DNA of 63,435 nucleotides, filler included, from Klebsormidium nitens (taxonomy: Eukaryota; Plantae; Klebsormidiophyceae): the NCBI GenBank assembly GCA_000708835.1. It is 5 parts of 5 records of this genome, joined end to end, with 100 filler letters (N's around TTAATTAATTAA, not from the genome) between each part and the next. Parts side by side here need not be neighbours in the genome. Positions count along the whole stretch, not along the records: positions 15,067 to 39,337 come from DF237868.1; positions 39,438 to 52,848 come from DF238102.1; 3 more parts are not named here. One strand, given 5' to 3'. Position numbers and translations under genes: made by a program. The notes beneath the pieces were generated by a model. The model saw nothing but the letters and a program-made list of their open reading frames with translations. It was not told the origin of the DNA and made no database searches. Below, one piece after another: positions 39,164 to 52,224 of the stretch (its first letter is position 1; each line of letters opens with the position of its first letter).

Positions 39164-39436
39164 CTGCAGAAACGGTGAATGCTTTTTGGTTTTCAGGTTG
39201 AGATTTGTCAGAGCGTGAGTCGGTCAGTCTGCACGCATGTCGCCTTTCGTGAATGGATCGAATGCGTCTAGAATCAATTCTGATACGGATTGAAACGTGA
39301 CATGGACAACCGATTCAGCCCAAACAAGAAGATGCGTNNNNNNNNNNNNNNNNNNNNNNNNNNNNNNNNNNNNNNNNNNNNTTAATTAATTAANNNNNNN
39401 NNNNNNNNNNNNNNNNNNNNNNNNNNNNNNNNNNNN

Positions 39437-42400
39437 NGGCCGTTTCCGGCTATCTTACGAGGAAGCACGCGTCCTCCTCCAGCACGGCGCCATCCCGCTC
39501 CATTTTCGAAAGCGGCCCCTTTTGAACCACTTTTGGAGATCCTGCGTTCTCCGCCCGGTCGACTACGTAGATCCCCTTCACTTTCCGAGCTACAAGCACT
39601 ACCTTCCGGTCAACCTCAAGCTCACAGTTGCCGTTCTCCTTGAACAACACTGAGGCCACCTCGGTTGTCTTCTCACCTAGATCAGGTTTGCCGCAACCCC
39701 TGGAACGTACATCACGTTCTGCAGAGTCACCAAACAGTCTCCCGTCGGTGTTGCATACATCAGCTCAACCGAGCCGCTCCCCTCCGCCCACAAGGTTCCC
39801 CACATGTCACGTACGCGGATTCCGGGAGCAGAATTTCCACCGTGGCTGATCAGCGCGATAATGACCGTACGAAATTCGACTTTGACACGGTCGCACCATG
39901 ATGACTCCGAGTTCGTACCAGGGAGCTGGTACGCTTCGACTGTGCTGACACTATGCTGGCTGTACATAGCAAAATCATGCTCTGAAGAAGCTGCTTGCAC
40001 AGCGCACGCAAACATGGCTTTCAAGCAGGAATATCGTTCTCAAAGGACCTCAGATTGGCTGCCATGGTGGCCCACTTCCCTTGCACGCCGCCCTTCCAAA
40101 CTTCTAAAAGAGCTTCTAGGAACATTGTCGAATGCAAAGACGCCTCGCTTTTTGTTCGGAAAAATCGTTCATGATGCACATTGAGCAACCTTTTTATTGG
40201 GGTCTTCAAGCCAATCGTCTACCACCCCCATTTTTCGCGAGCAGCTCTACGGAGCTCTTAGCTCAGCAATGTCTGAACGTGGAAAAAGGCAACTTTTGAG
40301 CAATTCCAGGTGCTAGTATTTCATGTTTGATTGAGCTCAAAATAGCTACAATATTGTCTATAGTGGATACTCGACTTTCTAGCTGGTGGATTTCGCTTGA
40401 CAGACACCCCGGCTCTCGAAGCTTTACAATCGTCTTTTAGGGTAAGAACCAAATCGCAAAAATACAAATATACGTTGCAACAATATATATGGATGTCTCA
40501 GATGACCGTGAATTAGGGTTACATGTGACTCTCATTTGCCAAGTCGAACACATGGAGCCTCCAATTTAGGTTGCTCTCATTGCTTTGCCCAATTTCTAAT
40601 CGGAGGAGCTGACCATAGAAGCTCAGGAGCTTGTTAGTAAGCTGGAAGAGACGATCGTCAAGGTGCTTGTGTTTATCCAGATAGTTACATGGAGACGACC
40701 AGAAGATGAAAGATTTTCAGTACCTGCAGGCTACCAGCGTACCTACCTCATACGGTACCTAGCTCCCGTATGCCCTGCAATCTAGTACGGTACGTACAAG
40801 TTCTCGAGGTATCAGGGCGTTGATTCGTAAATGCAAGAAGCGTCGACGGTGTCCAGGCTTTAAAATTTAGACGTTGGTCCGGGTTCAAAATTGTTCGGCC
40901 GGACTCATATGAAGTACCTTAGGTACCTACCGTAATCGGACTTGCGGGTGTTGTGGGTGCAATAAAGTATTGTACCTACTCATACCGGTAATGGGTACGG
41001 CATCTGCAGTTTTGGTACCTGCTCTGATTGACAGTGGTTCCTTCAACCGGGCAATACTCAGTCACAAGCGCAGGGTTCCAACAGACCCGGGATGGAACCA
41101 TACGGGCCGGAACAAATCTCTACGGAGCCATGACTTCTCCAGGGAACCACCGTAATCTCCGGGTTTGACAGAGTTTCAAGGAAATTCCGGGCAACAAGCA
41201 CGGTAACTCTTTAGAGTTGTGTACTGTCCTTGTTGGACGGATTGCAGTCGCGACGAGCAAAAATTCTTGGGTTCTGTACACGGTACGCGGCGGTACCATG
41301 TACGCACCGAGGTTGCAGTGACTGCCAGTGCGGTGTCACCGCGGTACTACCGCGTCGTCCTCCGTGCAGTACCTGGTCTGAGATCCGCGTACGTGACATG
41401 TGCCTTGTCCCCGAACGTGTGAACTCTCGGCCACTCCCCTCGAACGACTCGAGGGTCTCAAATAGGCTCTTGTCCCCGGTTAGGTGCTTGGAGCTACCCG
41501 ATTCGACGAGCCACTCGTCGGCAGCTACGCCCTCAATCACTCCCTTGGAAGGTTTCCCTCCCTTCTTTTGCCTCGGTTTGAGCTCCCGCCTTTCCGGCTT
41601 GATGCACTTCTGGGCAATGTGACCAAAATTATTGCAATTGTACCACTTAGGCCTCTTGCGCATGCTCGCATCCTTGCCTTGGCTCTTCTCCTTGCTCCAT
41701 TTCCGCTGAGCTACATAATCCACAGCGGAGTCTGACCCACCACCGCCCTCTTCCTTGGGCAGCTGAAATCCTTGCTCATGCACCAAGAGCTTCGGCGGAA
41801 ACGCATCCACCGAGCTTGAGCCGCCCTCCGAAGCCATTAGGATTGTTGTCACGGTACTGAACGAGCTCGGCAACCCCGCAAGCACGCTCCAAGCCAGCTC
41901 ATCCGGCTTCAGCTCGAAACCGGTAGTTGTCAAGTTCCCAATCCTTTGCCCGAGCCACGTACATGGTCACGGGCTCATCCGACTTCATCTAGAGGGAATG
42001 CAACTCTTGCCTGAGCTGCATCTTCCTTGCATTGGATTTGCTTTTGTGGGTCGTCTCAAGGCAATCGGAAGACTCCTTTGCGGTCGTGCACGCCTCAATC
42101 GTCCCCAAATGATGGTCCTCAACGTTCAGCCCTATGATGGACCACCCTTTCGTCGAAATTTCTTTCTCGGCTTTCCCTGCCACTTGATCCCCCTTACAGG
42201 GCTTTCAGATGTTACTTGGCTCAAAGAGCACCCGTGATAAAGCAGACCGCCCCCACCGATGCCTTCATTGACAAGAGAGAACCATAGGCTGATTTGCACC
42301 GCGTTTTGCCGCTTCTCCTCAGGACGGAGCGTGGTTTCCTTCCTTGCGGATTTCACGTGTTGCCTACTCAATGGCTACAAGTGAAAGNNNNNNNNNNNNN

Positions 42401-45400
42401 NNNNNNNNNNNNNNNNNNNNNNNNNNNNNNNNNNNNNNNNNNNNNNNNNNNNNNNNNNNNNNNNNNNNNNNNNNNNNNNNNNNNNNNNNNNNNNNNNNNN
42501 NNNNNNNNNNNNNNNNNNNNNNNNNNNNNNNNNNNNNNNNNNNNNNNNNNNNNNNNNNNNNNNNNNNNNNNNNNNNNNNNNNNNNNNNNNNNNNNNNNNN
42601 NNNNNNNNNNNNNNNNNNNNNNNNNNNNNNNNNNNNNNNNNNNNNNNNNNNNNNNNNNNNNNNNNNNNNNNNNNNNNNNNNNNNNNNNNNNNNNNNNNNN
42701 NNNNNNNNNNNNNNNNNNNNNNNNNNNNNNNNNNNNNNNNNNNNNNNNNNNNNNNNNNNNNNNNNNNNNNNNNNNNNNNNNNNNNNNNNNNNNNNNNNNN
42801 NNNNNNNNNNNNNNNNNNNNNNNNNNNNNNNNNNNNNNNNNNNNNNNNNNNNNNNNNNNNNNNNNNNNNNNNNNNNNNNNNNNNNNNNNNNNNNNNNNNN
42901 NNNNNNNNNNNNNNNNNNNNNNNNNNNNNNNNNNNNNNNNNNNNNNNNNAAAGAGACCGCTTCTTTACCAACGTCGTCGCAATACGAAGAGCTTCCTTGG
43001 CTGATTCTTCCTCCCTAGCGCCGTGGGCCCATAATCAGTTGAAACAGAGCGTTGTTGGAAGTGATGTTCGATCAATCAAGTTCAGACAATGTATATGGAG
43101 TGTTCCGAGTCACGGCCCATCTTTAAGTCTACACTATAGCCTAGTAGACTCAGTGAACCGTCACCTAGTAAGACCAAAAATTTCACTCTATATCGTACAT
43201 CGACGGCTATCATCGAACCTCGACTATTATCGCCAAGTCATTCGGGTGTAACGCTGTAACTCGCGCGCAGTTCACCGTGTAACCGTACCTACTAGTACCG
43301 TCGAATTACCGTCGACGTCGTGATCCTAAAACCCTACAATGACCCAGAGATTTGGTATCAAAATGTCCGTATCTCAACATCCCTCCTTGCGGACTTCACG
43401 TGTTGACTACTCAATGGCTACAGTGAAAGAGGCCGTTTCTTCACCAACGTCGTTGCGACACTAAGAGCTTCCTTGGCTGATCGTTCCTCTCTAGCGCCGT
43501 GGGACCATAACCTATTGAAACACATCGTTGTTAAAAGTGATATTGAATCGTTCAAATTCACACGATGTATATGGAGTCTCTCAAGTCATGGCCTAGCGTT
43601 AGATCTACATCACTAGTTTAGTAGGCTCAGTGGAGCGTCACTATGTAAGTTCGACAATTCCAATCTATACCGTACATCGACGGCTAATATCTGTAATATC
43701 GAACCTACTTCATATCGACGGGTATCCCAATAAGTCATTCGGGTGTTACTGTTGGGATTGGGCTAGAATTCTGTACGTTTCACTCGTCATCGGGTCTTAT
43801 CATAGCGCCAGGCACTCATGCTCATCACTCATTGATGGCAGCCATGCATCCTNNNNNNNNNNNNNNNNNNNNNNNNNNNNNNNNNNNNNNNNNNNNNNNN
43901 NNNNNNNNNNNNNNNNNNNNNNNNNNNNNNNNNNNNNNNNNNNNNNNNNNNNNNNNNNNNNNNNNNNNNNNNNNNNNNNNNNNNNNNNNNNNNNNNNNNN
44001 NNNNNNNNNNNNNNNNNNNNNNNNNNNNNNNNNNNNNNNNNNNNNNNNNNNNNNNNNNNNNNNNNNNNNNNNNNNNNNNNNNNNNNNNNNNNNNNNNNNN
44101 NNNNNNNNNNNNNNNNNNNNNNNNNNNNNNNNNNNNNNNNNNNNNNNNNNNNNNNNNNNNNNNNNNNNNNNNNNNNNNNNNNNNNNNNNNNNNNNNNNNN
44201 NNNNNNNNNNNNNNNNNNNNNNNNNNNNNNNNNNNNNNNNNNNNNNNNNNNNNNNNNNNNNNNNNNNNNNNNNNNNNNNNNNNNNNNNNNNNNNNNNNNN
44301 NNNNNNNNNNNNNNNNNNNNNNNNNNNNNNNNNNNNNNNNNNNNNNNNNNNNNNNNNNNNNNNNNNNNNNNNNNNNNNNNNNNNNNNNNNNNNNNNNNNN
44401 NNNNNNATGGTATATTACAATAGTGTTCCTCACTATTGTCTCACGGATCTCTCCTTCCACTAGGCTCACCAGCCTACTAGGCTCTCTAGCCTAGGTCACA
44501 CACTACTAGGCTCACTAGCCTAGGTCACACTCACACTTAATCTTAGCCTTCGATATCCTCATCTACGGCTCACATCGACGGTCCTCTAAACCGCCTAACC
44601 TCAGCCCAATGTATAACCGCCTAACCGCTGTGCACGCACGACGGCGGTCACTAGTTCAAACCCTAACTTGGGCCGAACCCTAACCACAATAAATCGGTTG
44701 ACCATAATCACCGAATTATGGTTATTATCTGATTAACGTCGAAACCCTACCTTCAATATATCGTCGAACAACCGTCGACGTTTCCAGCGCCAATCTCCAA
44801 TTTTGCGTTTCTAAGCTTTCAGTATTGAAATCCATGCGCCTATGCTTCTGAATCTCATCCCCATCTCATCAACAAGCGCCCGCCCCACTTTGCGCCACGC
44901 CGTAAACGCCGTACCGGCAATCTCCATCGGATCCGGGCGGTCCTCACAGCCGCTCTTTGCGCCACACATTGGCTTCCTACACACCGAGCTTATGGGGCCC
45001 CTCTTCAAACAATTGAAGCAGTCCGCATTCCGCTTCCGGCAATGGGCCCAAACGTGGCCTTCTCTCCGCAAGCATAGCAAGTCCTCGTTTCGGGACCAGT
45101 TACACTTCTTACCCCTCCGGTGCTCGACCCCTTGATAACGGTTTCATACCGTTCCCGCTTGGCAACAAAGGCCTTTCCCAAACGCTCCTCCTCCTTCTCC
45201 TCCAGAGCTCCTAGCTCCGTCTTCAACTATATCTTTTGCTGCTTTTGCATGAGCTTTGGCTGAATAGTGTCCAACGTCAATTCCTCTTCATTCAACTCTA
45301 GATACTCAACAAGAGCTAGATACTCCTTTGGCAAACCATTCAAAGCATGGATTGCCACCTCTGTCTCGGAAACGGTTTGACCCGCGGTCTCCAAGTCCAC

Positions 45401-45707
45401 CTTAATCTTGCGAAAGTCACCTACGTATTCCGCAATGCTGTTTTCCCGGGTCAATCTCAAGCTTGTCAACTTATTTCTAAGTTGGACAACCCTTGCGTTG
45501 CTTGTCCTTTCAAATGTTCTTCTTAAGCTTCTTCCAAGCTTTGGCAGCCGTGGATTCACCAATGCACAACTTTACATACGCATCTTGAGTGTGAAGGATC
45601 ATCAAAGCCTTTGCTTGATTCGATGCTTTTCTTCCTTCCACCGATTCCGGTTGCTCAATAGCAACCCATTGTACTTAAAAGGGGCTCTAAATTCGGCCCT
45701 CCATACC
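39437..45707 (-). mobile_element. Cluster of fragmentary Ty1/Copia remnants (gag/protease pieces and LTR fragments), with gaps
   Basis: Protease-type pieces (VTLQNVMYVPGVAANLIS; WLVESGSSKHLTGDKSLF), gag UBN2-like pieces (LAWSVLAGLPSSF; HALNGLPKEY), CCHC remnants, repeated LTR-junction blocks at about 42950-43050 and 43430-43520, and an LTR fragment at about 44450-44770. Confidence 0.8.
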
Positions 45708-45936
45708 TGCTGAGAAATGGAATTGATTAACGGCCAAATTGTTTAGTTAGGCCCGACAGATTTGAACCGTAGGATCGTTAATTGTGTCGTATAATACTAG
45801 CCGTAAATTGTGGATTGTGTCGTGTAGTATCGACCGTACAATTAGAAGTTTACGTCGTTGAGTATCGACCGTCGGATTGCGTGTTGACTTGGATTGTGGA
45901 TCGTTAGATGTGAGTCGACTCGATTTAATAGTACCA

Positions 45937-48900
45937 TGTTGAAAGCAAGCGCCTTTCAAGTGCACAACTACTAGGAGTTCGTGGGGTTAATTCTTTAACA
46001 TGTGAGTCAAGTCTTATAGCCTAGCTGTTACCCTAGGTGTTCCAATCGACAATCGACGGTCCCTATTCGACGTTGCCTACAAATGTCCAATCGAACGGCT
46101 ACACCAATGAACCCATACACATCACCGAAGAACCCATGCACAATGGACTCAATTCTACGGCTTACTTTTCGCACATCCTACGGTGGATATTCAATCATGC
46201 AAGCTCAAAATCGTACGGCCGACCTTATGCATCAAACTCACGATTCTTTAGACGATGTATTATAGGAAATTAGGGCGTACTCAAGGCTAGTACCGCCCAA
46301 ATCTAACACTCCCCCACGCACTAAGTATCCTATGCAATTCATGTCTCCTTCTTGCACTTCAAGAAAAGTCCGGGTGACAAAGCCTTGGTCAAGATGTCCG
46401 CCTTTGTGTCCTCCGTCTTGCAATACGCGAAATCGCCCTCTTTTCGCGCCACCCGCTCCCGCGCAAAGTGATGAGGCCGATGTGCTTCGATTGTTGCGAA
46501 GCGATCGGATGCTTGAGGAGCCGTATTGCCCCCAATGGTTATCGCAACAAATTAGGGCCGTTCCGAGGTCCAACCCCAAGCCTCCCCCGAGTTTCCGAAA
46601 CCACAACGCCTCCTCAACAACGTTCTCCGCGCTCATATACTCCGCCTCTACTGTCAAGGCCGCCACTTGTCGGTTGAAGATGGCCTCGACCAACTCACCA
46701 CTCCTCGGTACATACATCAAGGAGACGTACCCCGTCGTAGAGCGTTTTGTTTGTGTCGACGTCCCCCGCATAATCGGCGTTGCAAAACGCCTCAAGGACC
46801 TCGCCGCTTCCCCCGAAGGTTATTCCGGCTTCCGCCGTCCCCGCCAAGTAGCACACCACCCCGAGGGCAGCCGCCTGTTAGAATTCGGTGATTATAGTTA
46901 GCCAAACTACTGTGATTAGGGTCCGGCCCGAGTTAGGACTGAACTACTGAGCGCCGGCGTGCGTGTACGGCGGTTGGAAGGGTAAAGCGTTAGGTGGTTT
47001 GGAGATTAGGCGGTTGAGAGCGGCCGTCAGTGTTAGCCGTAGATAAGGATATCGAAGGCTAAGATTGAGTGTGATTGTGAGCTAGGCTAGTGAGCCTAGT
47101 AGNNNNNNNNNNNNNNNNNNNNNNNNNNNNNNNNNNNNNNNNNNNNNNNNNNNNNNNNNNNNNNNNNNNNNNNNNNNNNNNNNNNNNNNNNNNNNNNNNN
47201 NNNNNNNNNNNCACCGCCTAATGCGCTTCCGTTGGCGCGCTCGTGTCGCGCGCCAACGCACCCATGGCTTGAGCGATGTCGGGCCGCGTGCACACGCTCA
47301 AGTACAACAAGCTTCCAATAAGCTCGCTGTAGGGAAATATCGCCTTGTCGAGCGGCTCACCCTCTCGTGTCAAGTTCTCCCCCGCACCGAGAGGGACCGA
47401 GCGCGCGCGTGCGCCCGCCAATCCGTGCCGCCCAAGAAGCTCCCTCGTAAGCTTCTTTTGCGTGAGCTTCAAAGTGCGCGCCTCCCAGTAGCGCGCCAAC
47501 TCCAACGAGAAAGTAGGTCGCTTCCCCCAAGTCGCGCACGTCAAACTTCTCTGCCATGTGCGCCTTCACCTTTGCAATCCGCCCCGCCCCACGAGAATGC
47601 CGTCCACCCACACACGGAGGGAAACCCGCTCCCCGACCACCACTCCCGTAAAGAGCGCCGCGTCCGCCGAGGACGCCACGAACTCAAAGTTCCCGAGCTC
47701 CTCCTTCAAGCGCGTGTGCCACGCATGCGGCGCTTGGCGCAACCCGTACAAGGTACGCTTGAGATGGCAAACCACGTTGGGCCCGCCTTGCTCGTACCCC
47801 TCCGGTTGTTGATTTCCTCCTCGAGCTCCCCGTTGAGAAACGACGTCTTGACGTCCAATTGGTGAAGCTTCAAGTCGCGTTTCGCGACTACCTATAGGAG
47901 CGTCCGCAAGGTGGTGTGCTTGCTCACGGGGGCATAGACCTCCTCAAAGTCTATCCCTTGCTTTTGCAAGTACCCCTTTGCCACCACCCGAGACTTGTAC
48001 CGCTCCACGTTCCCAAGCGCATCCCGCTTAATCTTGTAAACCCACTTTATGGGAACCCGCTTCATTCCCTCCGGTTTCGACAAGCTCCCACGTCCCGTTC
48101 TCCAACAAAGACCGCATTTGCTCGTCCAAGGACTTCCGCCAAAGCTCCCTCTCTTCTCCGCCTACGGCTTTTTAATACGTTTGCAGCTCCGGATGCCTCC
48201 CTAACCCCTTGGGATGCTCCCCCGTTTCCGCCGCCAGATTCGCTCAAAACCATTCTCCGGGCGCCCCCCTTTTGCGTGCGGGGTATCTCCTCGCCGCCTC
48301 CTCTTGAGCGCCGTCCCCTTCAACGGAATCCTCGCTCCCGGTGTCGGCCTCCCCCGTAGGAGTAGCCCCTACACCGGGCTGAGTGTCGGCTTCCTTCGTA
48401 AGGGTAGCCTCTACACCCATCCGAGTCGGGGGGTTAACACGACTCGGGCCGCGAGCACGCCCCTCCTCCTTCCCCGGATCGGGGCCAAGCTCAAAGATCT
48501 TGGAGGGCCCACGCTCATCCACGATGACGTCGCGAGAAGTCAACACCCTTCCATCCCGCTCGCGGAAATTGGTACGAGCTGGAGTTGGGCTCGTAGCCCA
48601 AAAACAACCCCTCGCTCGCTCATCGGCTCCATCTTCTTCCGGTGTCCCTTGGGCACGTGGATGTAGGCCCGCGCCCCAAACACCCGCAAGTGGCAAAGGT
48701 TTGGCTTCTCCCCATAGAACATCTCTCACGGGGTCTTGCCGTGCACGCTCGATGGAACCCGGTTCCGGGTGTAGTTGGCCGTCACCGTCGCCTCCGCCCA
48801 CAACTCCGGCCCCAACCCGGCGTCCTCTGGCAAATCCTGTGCTCTTTCCTCGAGCGTCCGGTTCAACCACTCCGCCGAACCGTTTTGTTCGGGAGAGTGC

Positions 48901-51215
48901 CCCGCCGAGGTCCGGTGCACCGTCCCTCTCTTCCCGAGGAGCGACGTCATCCCCTCGTTGACATACTCCCCGCCCCGGTCAGTTTCCACCCCCTTGACCT
49001 TCTTCCCGGATTGCAACTCCAAGCGGGCAAACACGCTCTCCGTGACCGCCGTAACGTCGCTCTTCCGCTTCAGCGGTTGCACCACCAAAAGCTTGCTATA
49101 GTCGTCTAAAAAAGTGGCCAAGTACCTTCTCCCCCCCTTTGATGTCACCGGCATCGGCCCGCACACGTCCATGTGCACGAGCTCGAGGGGTTCTTTGCTG
49201 GCCTTGGAGTCCGACTCCGTGTGGAAGGGCTCACGGGTTTGCTTTCCAATGATGCAAGGCGCGCACAGCGAGGTTCTCTTCTTCCGGAATGCCTCCGCTT
49301 TGACTCCCACACCTCGGACCGAGCCCCCCTCAACCATCTTGGATAGGTTTTCGTACCCGGCGTGCCCCAACCTCCGGTGCCACAACACCGGGCTCTCGGC
49401 TTCCCTCACGAGCAAGCACGTGTCCTCCCACGTGGGCTTCGGTTGGCACCCCATGGAGATGCCCTCCGCATTCTCCTCCGCTTGAAACACAACCTCTCCA
49501 TCCATGAAAACCTCGCACACCTTCCCGCGAAACACAACCTCCGCTCCTAACGCGGTTGCTTTTTTCACCGAAAAGAGGTTCTCGGCTACACAGGGAACAT
49601 AGGCAACCTCACGGAGAATAGTGACTTGCTCACCTCCGGGCGTCTCGCATCGTAACTCCACCGTGCCCGCCCCGACTACCTCAAGGAACCCCTGTTTCCA
49701 AACTTGATTGCACGGGTCCCCGGCTCAAGCATTCTCAACGTTGAGAAGACACACCTTGTCCCCATTCATGTGTTGGCTAGCCCCGGAGTCAACAATCCAC
49801 CTTCCGTTCTCCGCCCCTTCTTCGGCTACAAAGGCAATCCCTTGCCGGCCCCCAATTTCTTCCTTCTTTGGGCAATCCTTTTTCAATTGGTCCGACCTAC
49901 GGCAAGTGTAGCACTTCTTCCCCGTCTTGGGCTTCTCGGGCTCCCAAGCCCCGGACCGGCACTCGTTTGCAAAGTGCCCCAACTTTCCACACCTGTGGGA
50001 AACCATGAAAGCCTTTCCCGGACCACCCTTGCCCTTACCGGCGAAGTTGCCACCCTTGGCCACGTAGGCCACCGCCGTTGCCGAGCTCGAGGCCCCGCTA
50101 TCTTGCTCCCCAAGAAGCCCATGCCCTTGCTCAAAAACTTGCATCGTCGGAAGAAGCTCTTTCACCGGGTCTTTCTTGGTGGTTGTCAACACCGTTACTA
50201 CCCCCTCAAACCGGCTTGACAACCCGGCAAGCACGGCTAAAGGATAGGTCATCCGGCTTCATGTCCGAGCCGGCGGCTAGCAAATCCCGGTAAAGGTCTT
50301 GGGCTCTAACTACATAAGTGGCAACGGACTCACCGGGTTGCATCTTGAGGGTGCTCAACTCATACCGGAGTTTCAACTTCCGAGCCGCAGTTTTGTTCTG
50401 ATAGGTCTTTCCAGCGCGTCGCATGCTACCTGGGCATTCTCAGCGTCTAAAATTGCCCCAAGATGTTGTTGCCAGACGTGCAAACGTATCAAAGCTTTTG
50501 CTTCCTCGGTCCTCTTTGCATCACCGGCGGGGTCCGTAACCCCTTTCCACAACTTCTTGTGAGTCAAGAGAAGTTGCATCCTCCGTGACCACACCGTACA
50601 ATTGTCAACATCTAAAGGCTCTATGTGGACCTTGAGTCCTTCAACCATCTTTACCGCTGGCAAACAAACAACTCTTCTTGGGCTGGGCACTCCTTTGTGC
50701 CGAGCAGTGGTTTGTGCTACTCCACTCCTTTAGCCCCCACTGGAATACCTCTCACCAACCTAAAATTGTTGTTGCTAGCAACGGCTTACTACTCTCCCCT
50801 CACTCCCTAGCGTCGTAGGCCCATAACCTGTTGAAAGCAAGCGCCTTTCAAGTGTACAACGACTAGGAATGAGTGGGGTTCTTTCACATGTAAGTCAAGT
50901 CTTATAGCCTAGCTCAAGCCTAGCTATTACCCTAGGTGTTTCAATCGACAAATTGACGGTCTCTTTCGACGTTGCCTACAAATGAACCAATCGAACGGCT
51001 GCATCGAAGAACCCATACACATCATTGAAGATCTTACCCATGCACAATGGACTCAATCCTACGGCTTACCTTTTCGCACATCTTCGGTGGATATTCAATC
51101 ATGCAAGCTCACAATCGTACGGCCGACCTTATGCATCAAACAACCTACAGTTCTATGAACAAGAAATCATAGGATATTAGGGCGTACTCAACGCTAGTAC
51201 CGCCCAAATCTAACA
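45937..51215 (-). mobile_element. Full-length degenerate Ty1/Copia element (5.3 kb)
   Basis: LTRs at 45937-46308 and 50829-51215 (TGTTGAAAGCAAGCGCC..CCGCCCAAATCTAACA); TSD TACCA/TACCC; PBS GGTTATGGGCCT (50817-50828); PPT GGGGGAG (46309-46315). Frameshifted gag, WIVDSGASQHM protease, WHRRLGH/LVHMDVCGP/TDRGGEY integrase, KWVYKIK/LKRTLYGLRQAP RT, and RNase H remnant. Confidence 0.92.
46876..47213. mobile_element. Solo LTR inserted in the Copia RT
   Basis: TG...CA ends (TGTTAGAATTC..CA across a gap) with a perfect 5-bp TSD CCGCC (46871-46875 and 47214-47218). It is the reverse complement of the LTR-like segment at about 44500-44725. Confidence 0.85.
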
Positions 51216-51764
51216 TACCCCGACCACTAGTAGTACGGTACTACCGACCACTAGTAGTATAGTGCCCCGGTCACAAGTCCGAGTGGACTACAGGTCGTAT
51301 TGTAAGTGGTATAGTGACCGTCTGATGGAAAGGGGTCCTTATAGTTGAAGCGACTAGTGGGTGGTGGAAGTAGACCCGACCTAGGCTGAGGTACACCTAG
51401 CTACGGGATGTGAGTGACATTGGACTGTTGTCATGCAATGTATATTCATTCGAAGAGATGCTTGAAGGGAGAAAAGCGCTTCTCTGTGAAGGCGTTTATG
51501 TGTGAGGGTGGTTATACTTTAGCTTATGACAAGCATGAGTGAATGATTTCAACAAGTCCGACCAATTGTCACCTCCAAGTTGAGGTATAACAATCTTGTC
51601 AATACCCGCCATCTCCTTTGCGGTAATGCTTCCTTTATTGCAAAGTGTAATTAAAGCGTAAATGCGCTAAACTCACCTCATGCTTCTCTCAGTAATCGTT
51701 TTCAACTCCACAATACCCCTCATCATCTCCTTTACCTAGAAAGCGTTGTTGTGGGCCCCATACT

Positions 51765-52224
51765 TGTTAAAATCATACGTTCATGCTTGGAACCTACAAA
51801 GGATTCAACCACCCTCACATACAAGCGCCTTTACAAAAGGAGCGCACTAGCTCTCACCAAGCATCTCTTAGTATGGATGAGTGGGGTTCTTTTCGTGTAG
51901 TCAAGTCTTGTAACCTACCTCAAGTCCAGCTTTAACCCTAAATATTTCAATCAAGAAAGCGACGATCCCTATTCGTCGCTGCCTACTAGAAGAACCCATC
52001 GATTGGCTACACCGAATACACATTACAAAAGAACCCTTTCACAATGGACTCGACCCTATGGCTTACTTTCCGCGCATCTCACGGGGAATATGCAATCGTG
52101 CAAGCTCACAATCGTACGGCCGACCTTATGCAACAAACCTACGATTTTAAGGACGACTATATCACAGTACGCTCCAGGAGGAACATTAGAGCGTATCCAA
52201 GGCTAGTACCTCCAAAATCTAGTA
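51765..52224 (-). mobile_element. Third, more diverged copy of the 45937-type Copia LTR
   Basis: Shares blocks such as CAATGGACTC, GCAAGCTCACAATCGTACGGCCGACCTTATGCA and CTAGTACC..AAATCTA with both LTRs. A PBS-like GGGCCCCATAC lies immediately to its left. Confidence 0.7.

Larger units (their letters stand above)
45708..51554. mobile_element. Older LTR split by insertion of the 45937-51215 Copia
   Basis: Segments 45708-45936 and 51221-51554 join to give a TGCTGAGAAA..GATTTCAACA sequence that is the diverged reverse complement of the intact LTR at 61611-62076. Confidence 0.7.
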
